A stretch of DNA of 28,122 nt, taken from positions 64,001 to 92,122 of the IMG/VR virus record IMGVR_UViG_2974594660_000001; one strand, written 5' to 3'. Below the pieces are notes generated by a model. It was given only the letters and a program-made list of their open reading frames with translations, did not search any database and was not told the DNA's origin. Shown piece after piece: positions 17,298 to 24,941 of this stretch; position 1 is the first letter of the stretch, and every line of letters begins with the position of its first letter. The translations under genes were made by a program, and so were the position numbers. This DNA is from a virus (taxonomy: Duplodnaviria > Heunggongvirae > Uroviricota > Caudoviricetes).

Positions 17298-17511
17298 ATG
17301 GATTTTTTATAGTAGAATTCTTGATGATGTATACTTCTTCATCTTCATCAAAATTATATAAATATCCATTTTCCATACATACTGCATTCATTTCACATTT
17401 GACATTTGAAAAAGGAGAAGGTTTCACTTTGGAAAAAATAAAACCATCAGAATTGTAAAAGCAATATGAATGTGGTATGTTTTTAAACTTTGTCAGATCA
17501 TCCTTGAACAT
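17296..17511 (-). CDS. Hypothetical protein
   Basis: 71-aa ORF with RBS GGAA. Confidence 0.55.
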   Translation of the reverse strand: MFKDDLTKFKNIPHSYCFYNSDGFIFSKVKPSPFSNVKCEMNAVCMENGYLYNFDEDEEVYIIKNSTIKNP

Positions 17512-17525
17512 ATATTAATTCCAAA

Positions 17526-17550
17526 TAAAAAGCCTCTATAAAAGAGGCTG
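17526..17550 (-). terminator. Intrinsic terminator after the endolysin
   Basis: Minus strand reads AGCCTCT-TTTAT-AGAGGCT followed by TTTTATTT. Confidence 0.8.
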
Positions 17551-17554
17551 TATT

Positions 17555-17947
17555 TTAAATAAGTTCAAAATGTGGCATGTCAAGTCTCTTGTTATAAATC
17601 CAACCATCTACTTTATTTGACCATGTACCACCCCATCTAATTGGAATATCTAATTCCTCAGAAGCTTTAAACATAGCAATAGCCATTTTTTCAAACCTAG
17701 CTCTGTCTTTCCAATCAATTGGATAAGGAACCATATCAATAGCATTACCAGTTATATGTTTTGAGTTCATAGTCCATGAGACTCCTTTATTAACATATTC
17801 CCTTTGCTTTTCTATAGTCCTTATACCCTCTGTTATAGTGATATCAAATGGCATGTATTCAAATGATTTCAAAACAACCCTTTGAAGTTTTTCATTAACA
17901 GAGGATAATCTTTCTTTCCCAGTGTTACTTAGTTTTACGTTAGACAT
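17555..17947 (-). CDS. Endolysin, peptidase M15 family (T5-like L-Ala-D-Glu peptidase)
   Basis: ITEGIRT..KQ, SKHITGNAIDM, IRWGGTW and DMPHFEL provide the Zn ligands H, D and H. RBS GGAGG. Confidence 0.92.
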   Translation of the reverse strand: MSNVKLSNTGKERLSSVNEKLQRVVLKSFEYMPFDITITEGIRTIEKQREYVNKGVSWTMNSKHITGNAIDMVPYPIDWKDRARFEKMAIAMFKASEELDIPIRWGGTWSNKVDGWIYNKRLDMPHFELI

Positions 17948-17997
17948 AATACCTCCTATAAGTTATAAGATATTATAGTGGTAACTAATATCTTTAC

Positions 17998-18225
17998 TTA
18001 CCGTTTACGTTCTCTTAGGATTTTAAACTCATCTCCATTTTCCTCAAGAACAGTAACTTTGTACATCTGCACCACATCAAAAAATGCATTCCTTTTCAGG
18101 ATATACATAGCTGATCTAGCCTCTTTACGAGTAGGTCGTCTTATAACTGAGGCTGTAGAAAATGCATCAATTTTTAAATTAGGAATATTTCTTACTCTAG
18201 ATTCTACTTCCCACCAAACTTTCAT
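17998..18225 (-). CDS. Hypothetical basic protein
   Basis: Probable start ATG 18225 (RBS GGAG), MKVWWEVESRVRNIP...; the tracked start at 18282 overlaps a better mini-ORF. Confidence 0.6.
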   Translation of the reverse strand: MKVWWEVESRVRNIPNLKIDAFSTASVIRRPTRKEARSAMYILKRNAFFDVVQMYKVTVLEENGDEFKILRERKR

Positions 18226-18226
18226 A

Positions 18227-18310
18227 TTAATCTCCAAAGAATAAATCAAAAAGAAAAAACACTGCTGTAGCTCCAGCTCCAACTAGGAACCATATATTTG
18301 GATCTCCCAT
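18227..18310 (-). CDS. 27-aa membrane mini-protein (not in ORF track)
   Basis: MGDPNIWFLVGAGATAVFFLFDLFFGD. Preceded by GGA/GAG RBS-like sequence and tiles exactly between neighbours. Confidence 0.55.
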   Translation of the reverse strand: MGDPNIWFLVGAGATAVFFLFDLFFGD

Positions 18311-18320
18311 AACTCAATCC

Positions 18321-18719
18321 TTAGTATTTACCACTAATCTTAAAATCCTCATAATATTTATACTTTCCGGTTTTGTCAGAGAACTCTGAATCTTCATTAT
18401 TAGCTTCGCAACCGAGTTTAAAACCACATAAATCTTTATAAGAAACAATAGTCTCTGGGCTATCATCCATCCATACGTCAGGAACCCATCCAATTGCCTC
18501 TGCTATGTGTGCTTTCTGTTTTCCTGAGCAATATATTACTTCTATATCAAGTTCTCTTAAATCAGGTTCTAGGTCGTGTTCATTTCCATCTGGGAACCTG
18601 TAAGTGAAAATCCTGACATCCCATCCAAATAATTTCATTAGGAAAATTAGTTCTTTCCATTTATCACGATCAAGTGTATAAGTATTATCATAATCTACTG
18701 CAATTTTTACAGATTTCAT
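18321..18719 (-). CDS. HAD-superfamily phosphatase-like protein
   Basis: Motif I IAVDYDNT (DxD), IFTYR and motif IV WMDD. Confidence 0.8.
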   Translation of the reverse strand: MKSVKIAVDYDNTYTLDRDKWKELIFLMKLFGWDVRIFTYRFPDGNEHDLEPDLRELDIEVIYCSGKQKAHIAEAIGWVPDVWMDDSPETIVSYKDLCGFKLGCEANNEDSEFSDKTGKYKYYEDFKISGKY

Positions 18720-19141
18720 TTTACAACCTCAAAAGGTATATCTGTTGTCATATAAATATTCTCAGGTACTATTAAATAAAGATTACCGATTATTTTATTA
18801 AACACCTCATCTGAGAAAGATTCTTTACTATTATTTATAATATCTAATAAAGTATTATAATCTGGATTTTTACTTCCAACACTTCTATTAATATCAATGG
18901 ATAGTTCGTCAAGCCCGTAGGAATCATCCCACAATCCATTTATATGGAAAGTCAGACCTATTATCTTATCCAAAAGTTCTTGGTTATTCTCAAAATACTC
19001 TCTATCTTTTTCTTCGAAAGTATAGTATGTGTAATAATAAAAAGTACTATATTTCCTATGTTCTTTTTCTTCATTTTCAATACCGAGATCTAGAACAAGT
19101 TCTTTAATAGTTTCAATTTCTTTATCAGTGAATTTAATCAT
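18716..19141 (-). CDS. Hypothetical protein
   Basis: 141 aa, ATGA-coupled at both ends. Confidence 0.7.
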   Translation of the reverse strand: MIKFTDKEIETIKELVLDLGIENEEKEHRKYSTFYYYTYYTFEEKDREYFENNQELLDKIIGLTFHINGLWDDSYGLDELSIDINRSVGSKNPDYNTLLDIINNSKESFSDEVFNKIIGNLYLIVPENIYMTTDIPFEVVK

Positions 19142-19344
19142 ACAACACCACCAAATGAATCTCCAATCTTACCACGTAAGTCAAGCTCTCTGACCTCGAA
19201 TTCAGACTTATCACAATCCCTTACTTCAGAATTTATAAATGAGAGTGCTGAGAAGGCTGTCGGGAATAATTCAATAGAGTGTTTGTTGTTAAATGTACAA
19301 AGTGTAAATGGATCATCAACACGTACAACAATATATCTAATCAC
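19138..19344 (-). CDS. Hypothetical protein
   Basis: Probable GTG start at 19344 with RBS GGAGG; the tracked start is 19377. Confidence 0.55.
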   Translation of the reverse strand: MIRYIVVRVDDPFTLCTFNNKHSIELFPTAFSALSFINSEVRDCDKSEFEVRELDLRGKIGDSFGGVV

Positions 19345-19582
19345 ATGAACCTCCACTATCACTTGATCCACTATCATAATTGTTAGAGTGGCTGTCTGTG
19401 TTACTACTACCTAGTGAGTCATGATGGTATCTTATGAATGGCTCATCATCAATAAGACCAGTTGATAACATCTTATTGAATTGCCCACTAAAATCAGATT
19501 TGAGTCTCTTTTTTGACTCTCTTCTAATCCTGTTATTATATGAATCTATAATATAATCAACTTCACTGTTATTTTTATTCAT
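19337..19582 (-). CDS. Hypothetical protein with Ser/Asp/Gly-rich tail
   Basis: Ends SSNTDSHSNNYDSGSSDSGGSCD. Confidence 0.6.
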   Translation of the reverse strand: MNKNNSEVDYIIDSYNNRIRRESKKRLKSDFSGQFNKMLSTGLIDDEPFIRYHHDSLGSSNTDSHSNNYDSGSSDSGGSCD

Positions 19583-19790
19583 AATTAGCCCTATTATTTA
19601 AACTAATCTCATCTGTAATATTAGATACAACTTTCATCATAATGGTCTGCCCATCAATATAAACCTTCTTCTCCGAGACAGAGTATTTTACTTGGATTGT
19701 CTTGTGTCTATGATTGAATGTACATTTATAAAAACTTCCATATTTACCACAAACCAAATCCATCTCATTTTTACATTGTGAGCAGACCAT
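19575..19790 (-). CDS. Zinc-ribbon protein (topoisomerase C4-finger-like)
   Basis: CSQCKNEM...GKYGSFYKC resembles the zf-C4_Topoisom pattern. Confidence 0.6.
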   Translation of the reverse strand: MVCSQCKNEMDLVCGKYGSFYKCTFNHRHKTIQVKYSVSEKKVYIDGQTIMMKVVSNITDEISLNNRANYE

Positions 19791-19803
19791 TTTTTATATC
19801 CTA

Positions 19804-21642
19804 TTAGTGAGTATCTAACCAACTCCCACCTAACATAGAGTCAGATGCTAGTGGACATTCCATATTTAGATAAATACCAGCCCTTGCTACACAAGAGTCA
19901 ATGTTTTTCCTTAACTGATCAACATCTTCCCATTTAACTGTGAACTGGAACTCATCGTGCATCATGATAACTTGATTAGCATCTAAATTATCACGCTCAT
20001 TCCAACCATGTAAGAAACACATAGCAACTTTCATTGTGATAGAACCAGCTGCCTGTAGTAAAGTATTTAGAGCTTTGTGAGCCATCACGTTACCGTTAGA
20101 GTCACGTCTCATAATTAACTTCCTACCATCAATTGCTGGAACATAACCATTAGCTTTAGCGAAATCTTGAACCCAATCAATTAGAACAGGAATACAAGGA
20201 CACTCTCTGAGGAAGGTTTCTCTCAGTTTTGCACCCTCTTCTTTGCCTCCACCTAATTGACCACCTAGGTTGGCATCACCTGCTCCATATAAGAATGCGT
20301 AGATAAACGTTTTAGCTGATTTACGTGTAGGTAGACCTGCAAGACGCTGGTTATGACTATGAATATCGCCTGTTAGTAATACTTCTCTGTACTCAAGTGC
20401 TGAATCAAGTGCTTTTTGATAATAAATTATCTTATCTTTGTTACCAGACTCTTTAGCTTCTTCTAATAACATTTTAGATACGGCAATTAAGTAATGTGTT
20501 AACATCCTTAATTCCAGACCAGCACCATCTCCACCTACGAATGCATCATGGTTTTTCCTAACCAATACAGAACATTTATGTAATTCATCATCCCATTTGT
20601 TCTTTTTACTATCAAACTCCACGTAGTAGTTTGTATATCCTACACGTTTGAATTTTCCAGTTTTAACCATCTCATCAGTTAGTTTTTTAACAACATGATC
20701 GGATGCACCATCTCTTCTATTACCAATGAATAAGCTACGACATTCTTCACCAAAAGGAGCACCAGCAGCTGGAATATTAACGATAATCTTATGTCTCATC
20801 CTTGCTGTTGGTGTTGCACATGGGTTAGCTTCTCCAGAGAGTTTACCATCAGATCTGACGTTCTCAATCAGTCCAATAATAAGAGATCTTCTGTGAGACC
20901 AAACCATACGTTCTTTAAGTAATGTTAGAGCTCTTGAATCCTCTTCATCCAGAGAATCAAAAGAGTCTTCTGTTATCTTAGGAGAAGTAGGCCAATCAGT
21001 TGTTAACAGTAGTTTTTTCTTTATTTGATCAAAAGTAGGTGTACGTCTCATATCAAAACCAAGAGCATATAAAATAGCTCTCATATAGTTTTTTGACTTA
21101 CCCCTAAAGTTTGCATCAATAAATGACATAACCTCTTCATCATAATACTTAGCTTCTTCGTAAGTACAATGATCTCTAAGAAACGTTCTGTAAGAACAAC
21201 TGTTTAATTTATTTTTATATTTCCATGGATTAAAATCTTTTCTTTTAGTGTTCCACTCAGTTGGTATCCAACCAAGATCCAACATTACAGATTTAACCCT
21301 TGCGGATTTAGATGGATCAAAAGGTGTAAACCATACACCAGAGAAAGGCCCACCAATGATGTCCTCTGATAAATTGTGATTGTCCATATATCTTTGAACA
21401 AAAGCTTTTGGCTTCCCATTCATTTTGAAAGGTGCATTATAGGTACTACCTTTATGTAACATAACTGGTAACATTGGAATTAATTCAATATCTATTTTTA
21501 ATATTTTTTCTGTTAGAACATGAACGAACCACCTTGCCTTTCTTTCATCAAAGTTACAACCATGTTTTGCTTGATTACTAATAATATAGGAAACTTTTTG
21601 TTCCAAGAGAAATGGTTCTTTCCAATCACATGTAATATTCAT
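19804..21642 (-). CDS. DNA polymerase family A, polymerase domain only
   Basis: Motif A GDGAGLELR, motif B RKSAKTFIYAFLYGAG, ALNTLLQ and motif C MHDEFQF. Begins at the exonuclease/polymerase boundary (LLEQKV..IISNQAKHGCNFD). Confidence 0.95.
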   Translation of the reverse strand: MNITCDWKEPFLLEQKVSYIISNQAKHGCNFDERKARWFVHVLTEKILKIDIELIPMLPVMLHKGSTYNAPFKMNGKPKAFVQRYMDNHNLSEDIIGGPFSGVWFTPFDPSKSARVKSVMLDLGWIPTEWNTKRKDFNPWKYKNKLNSCSYRTFLRDHCTYEEAKYYDEEVMSFIDANFRGKSKNYMRAILYALGFDMRRTPTFDQIKKKLLLTTDWPTSPKITEDSFDSLDEEDSRALTLLKERMVWSHRRSLIIGLIENVRSDGKLSGEANPCATPTARMRHKIIVNIPAAGAPFGEECRSLFIGNRRDGASDHVVKKLTDEMVKTGKFKRVGYTNYYVEFDSKKNKWDDELHKCSVLVRKNHDAFVGGDGAGLELRMLTHYLIAVSKMLLEEAKESGNKDKIIYYQKALDSALEYREVLLTGDIHSHNQRLAGLPTRKSAKTFIYAFLYGAGDANLGGQLGGGKEEGAKLRETFLRECPCIPVLIDWVQDFAKANGYVPAIDGRKLIMRRDSNGNVMAHKALNTLLQAAGSITMKVAMCFLHGWNERDNLDANQVIMMHDEFQFTVKWEDVDQLRKNIDSCVARAGIYLNMECPLASDSMLGGSWLDTH

Positions 21643-21652
21643 TATCTTCTCC

Positions 21653-21705
21653 TAAGTCGTACACCTGAGTTAACAGTTTAGGCATCCAGCCTCATTAAGT
21701 CGTAC
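21653..21705. repeat. 10-bp direct repeat in the polymerase leader
   Basis: TAAGTCGTAC at 21653-21662 and 21696-21705. Confidence 0.8.
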
Positions 21706-21727
21706 TTGTATGTAGTTTTTAAGTATA

Positions 21728-21901
21728 TTAACTTCTATAGTATTTGCATTTTTGCACTTGGTCAGAGTTTAATCTATTTACACATTTATCACAATATGGG
21801 AAATATCCATCTGGAGAGTTCTCACTTGTTTTAAAACTTGTAGATTTTAATTTCATCTCATTGCAATTTTTACATCTTTTAAATCTAAAACTGCTTAACA
21901 T
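21728..21901 (-). CDS. Small Zn-finger protein
   Basis: CKNC...CDKC; probable start ATG 21901. Confidence 0.6.
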   Translation of the reverse strand: MLSSFRFKRCKNCNEMKLKSTSFKTSENSPDGYFPYCDKCVNRLNSDQVQKCKYYRS

Positions 21902-22161
21902 AAATGACCCCATTTGATTAGTTTATTACTTACATAATCACGAACCATAATATTAGTCTTACGAGTTATCTGTAGAGTTTGTGTCAACCCTAAGACCTTA
22001 GAAAGTCGATAACCAATAGTACCATATTTTTGATTATCTCCTGATAAGATTGCCTCTAAGTAATCTGGCAATTCGCTGTCCAGAACAGTAATTATTTGTG
22101 TATCTACATAATCACCATCTGTTGTATAATCTCTACTGTAAATTGTAACTAATTTAGACAT
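21895..22161 (-). CDS. Hypothetical protein
   Basis: 88-aa ORF with RBS GGGA. Confidence 0.6.
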   Translation of the reverse strand: MSKLVTIYSRDYTTDGDYVDTQIITVLDSELPDYLEAILSGDNQKYGTIGYRLSKVLGLTQTLQITRKTNIMVRDYVSNKLIKWGHLC

Positions 22162-22187
22162 ATTATATTCCCTTATCTTTAAAATGG

Positions 22188-22373
22188 TTATTCTGAGACT
22201 GTGGCATCTTCGTAATCAAACTCTCGATCATCACGAGTGATATCATCTTCTCCCCTGAATCTCCATCTTGTTGCTTCTTCTAATGCTTCTTCTTTTGATT
22301 CTGCTTGTATTGATAAAGTGGTAGACCCTCTAACATATCCAGAGAAAGGGATTCTCACTGTAAAAGTTTTCAT
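22188..22373 (-). CDS. Hypothetical protein
   Basis: 61 aa; MKTFTVRI...IQAESKEEALEEA is a pattern common in small phage proteins. Confidence 0.65.
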   Translation of the reverse strand: MKTFTVRIPFSGYVRGSTTLSIQAESKEEALEEATRWRFRGEDDITRDDREFDYEDATVSE

Positions 22374-22592
22374 TTAAGACCTAACCTCTCGTGTCATCAT
22401 CATGTGATCTAAAGTTGCAAACGCAATTTCAACATCTTTTTTAAATACTTGATCCTTTGATAAGGCGATAATACCTTTACCATCAAATCTAATTATAAGT
22501 TTATCATATTCAATATAATAAGATCCGACAGTATTTAAATCAATACTAACAAAGGCACCAAGTTTTACACGATTTACAATATTATTTGACAT
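22374..22592 (-). CDS. Hypothetical protein
   Basis: 72-aa ORF tiled between neighbours. Confidence 0.6.
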   Translation of the reverse strand: MSNNIVNRVKLGAFVSIDLNTVGSYYIEYDKLIIRFDGKGIIALSKDQVFKKDVEIAFATLDHMMMTREVRS

Positions 22593-22797
22593 AATTTTTA
22601 ACCATCATCTTTTTAAGTTTATTAAAATCATTCTCATCAAAAACACTTTCATTTTCAATAGTTTCTGATAGATCTGGATAGAAGTGCCTGAACATTAAGT
22701 ACAAAGCGTCTCCATTATTTAGAAATTTATAAATCTTAACTTCTTTTCTTGCTTCTTTTATTAAGAAATTAATCTCTTTTTTACTTAAAGTGCTCAA
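22582..22797 (-). CDS. Hypothetical protein
   Basis: 71-aa ORF tiled between neighbours. Confidence 0.55.
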   Translation of the reverse strand: MSTLSKKEINFLIKEARKEVKIYKFLNNGDALYLMFRHFYPDLSETIENESVFDENDFNKLKKMMVKNYVK

Positions 22798-23278
22798 GAT
22801 TACTCCTGATAAAATCTAATTTATCTTTATCTGTCATCTCATCTAAGTCAATAGGACTGACAAGTTCAAAACCATTAAACCTTTTAGACTCTCTTTTACC
22901 CTGAACATCATTATCACCAATTAGGAAATACTTTACAGAGTTTTTGTTGGGTAATAAATCTTTAACACCTTTGGGGAGATTTACTCCTAGTGCTGCAATA
23001 GATACAAAACCAACATTCTGAAGTGCTACCGCCTTAAAAACAGATTCAGTTATAAAACAGATGCCACTGTAATCCTCTGGTACTGTTTCCCATCCCCAGA
23101 ATGCATAGGTTGTTGAGTGGGTAATGTACTTTCTTTTACTTGTTGGTTTATATGACTGTTCACCTAAGAATTTACCAGTGTTTGGACAATACAAAGGTAC
23201 AGTTAATGTATCTTCAGAAAACCAGCAATGATATTCGTCTGGATTAAAACCACGTGAAATTAAGTGCTTTTTAAACAT
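22781..23278 (-). CDS. Stand-alone Toprim (primase-like) protein
   Basis: ICFITESVFKA (conserved Glu), AALG, IGDNDVQG (DxD) and DLDEM. No N-terminal Zn finger or helicase domain. Confidence 0.75.
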   Translation of the reverse strand: MFKKHLISRGFNPDEYHCWFSEDTLTVPLYCPNTGKFLGEQSYKPTSKRKYITHSTTYAFWGWETVPEDYSGICFITESVFKAVALQNVGFVSIAALGVNLPKGVKDLLPNKNSVKYFLIGDNDVQGKRESKRFNGFELVSPIDLDEMTDKDKLDFIRSNLEHFK

Positions 23279-23553
23279 AACTTATGCCTTTTACTAAAAA
23301 GTGAAGACTGTATAATATTCCTTATTCCTTGGTTCTCAATCCCCTTGATATAAAATTCTAAAGCTTGAATTTTTATATCCCTACCCTCATAAAATAGTAT
23401 AATATTTAATACTTTTTTAATTTCTGGATACAAGGTCTTAACATTTCTAAACCTATCAAGAACTTTTATTGACCTATTATGGTTTTCAAATATCATATCA
23501 AAAATAGATCTCAACAACTCCTGCTCTTGCAGTGATAGTTTTCTACTAGTCAT
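23260..23553 (-). CDS. Hypothetical protein
   Basis: Probable start ATG 23553 (MTSRKLSL...). Confidence 0.55.
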   Translation of the reverse strand: MTSRKLSLQEQELLRSIFDMIFENHNRSIKVLDRFRNVKTLYPEIKKVLNIILFYEGRDIKIQALEFYIKGIENQGIRNIIQSSLFSKRHKLCLKST

Positions 23554-23950
23554 TATAGTCAATCCTACAACCACAATATCCACTATAGAGAATACTGTTT
23601 ACAAATGTAATTGGTAGTACATTAAAGTTATTAAAGATTTTAGATTTATCTTTACCATTTTTAAAGTTATTTAAATCTATATAGAAATCACTTAGATTAT
23701 CTTTAAAAATATATTCTGCCCCATAAAATGCACTCTCTAAATTAGGTAGATATTTTTTATCATAAGACAGTATATCATCATCCAAACCCAACACATCTTC
23801 AGAGTGAGTCATGAAGAAGCACCATCTGTAAAATAAAGGTAATTTTTCATCAGATATTACACTATCAAAAACCTTTTCAGTATTCTCTTTAGTTTCTAAT
23901 AGTTCTTTCTCTTTAATTTTTACTGCTTCTATTAATTTATTAATTTTCAA
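23546..23950 (-). CDS. Hypothetical protein
   Basis: Probable TTG start at 23950 with RBS AGGGG, downstream of a terminator. The tracked 5' extension to 24058 crosses that terminator. Confidence 0.6.
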   Translation of the reverse strand: MKINKLIEAVKIKEKELLETKENTEKVFDSVISDEKLPLFYRWCFFMTHSEDVLGLDDDILSYDKKYLPNLESAFYGAEYIFKDNLSDFYIDLNNFKNGKDKSKIFNNFNVLPITFVNSILYSGYCGCRIDYND

Positions 23951-23968
23951 AATATCACCCCTTAGATA

Positions 23969-23993
23969 CAAGAAAGGGAAGCCGAAGCCTCCC
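23969..23993 (-). terminator. Intrinsic terminator with UUCG loop
   Basis: Minus strand reads GGGAGGC-TTCG-GCTTCCC followed by TTTCT, immediately after the TAA at 23994-23996. Confidence 0.8.
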
Positions 23994-24362
23994 TTATTTT
24001 TTCTTAGGTTTAGAAGTTGGTAGTCGTTCCCGTTTACTCTTATTAGCTTTACGAGCACCAGAAGCTTTACCCTTTGAAGATCCTATCTTACCGCCATGTG
24101 ACATATTCTTACTGGCATCAATAGTTCTTAAGTTAGATAGTTTGTTCTGAGACTCACTAACGGAATTTTTAAGTGGCTTCTTATGATCAACATGTACAGA
24201 TGTTGGAAGCTTACGACCAATTGATTTCTCAACAGCTCTACGAGCTCTGTGTCTCATCGCATCTTTGGACTTCTTACCAACTGACGTTTCACCACGTTTA
24301 ATAGCTGTCAAACGCTCTTGTTGATAGTTCCTTACCTAAACATAGCCCGGTGAACTTGGCAT
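23994..24362 (-). pseudogene. Small basic HNH-family protein gene with in-frame TAG at codon 9 (or intact from TTG 24311)
   Basis: RBS AAGGAGG plus ATG 24362 gives MPSSPGYV*VRNYQQERLTAIKRG..., in frame with the tracked ORF. HNH-like HVDHKKPL...NLRTIDASKN. Confidence 0.6.
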
Positions 24363-24371
24363 ATGACCTCC

Positions 24372-24941
24372 TTAGCCCTTCAGGCAGTTTACAATTGAAT
24401 TACACCAATCATACAGTTCACTCATAGTTAGTGTTGTCTTCATCACGTTAGTGACGGCACAAACTAGCTGTATGTTGCCCTCTTCATAGGGCTTTGATGA
24501 ATCAATTCTATCTATTGATAAATTAGTGTGTACTTTATCACTATTTGGTATTTTAATGAATGTCATTTCTTTACCACTAAGAGCACACATTCCTTTTTGA
24601 TCATCATATAGTTTCAAAATATAATCTAGACTTAATCCAGATCTATCTTTCTTTTTCAATAGAAGTGAAATGTAAGCCTCTTTATTACCATTTAAATACT
24701 TATAAGATCTTTCAACCTGTGCCAATGAGTGGCAATGCTGACTTCCACACATCCGTTGATTGTTAGATTGTTTTTGAACAGTCTTGTTACAATAAGGACA
24801 TGTCACAGTTTCTTTTCTGTGTGTAGATACATACTTAGCACCACAACTTTTACTACAAAATCTTGTAACTTTCTTAGTAGACTCAAAATCAGAATTACAT
24901 TGCCAGCAGACCTTTTTAAACTTCTTTGGACTACTAGGCAT
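24372..24941 (-). mobile_element. Free-standing HNH endonuclease with N-terminal Zn-finger repeats (putative homing endonuclease)
   Basis: CWQC..CSKSC and CPYC..CGSQHC, then CALSG...SIDRIDSSKPYEEGNIQLVCAVTNVMK. Flanked by duplicated RBS+MPSSP. Confidence 0.8.

Noticed and set aside
17509-17520. ACATATATTAA resembling the candidate promoter motif
   Set aside because: It is simply the start codon plus AT-rich RBS spacer of the 71-aa gene.
20548-21246. Polymerase insertions as inteins or introns
   Set aside because: The frame is open throughout, with no Cys/Ser...His-Asn splice termini and no LAGLIDADG or HNH motifs.
21653-21705. Direct repeats as a mini-CRISPR array
   Set aside because: Only two 10-bp units, far shorter than CRISPR repeats, and no cas genes.
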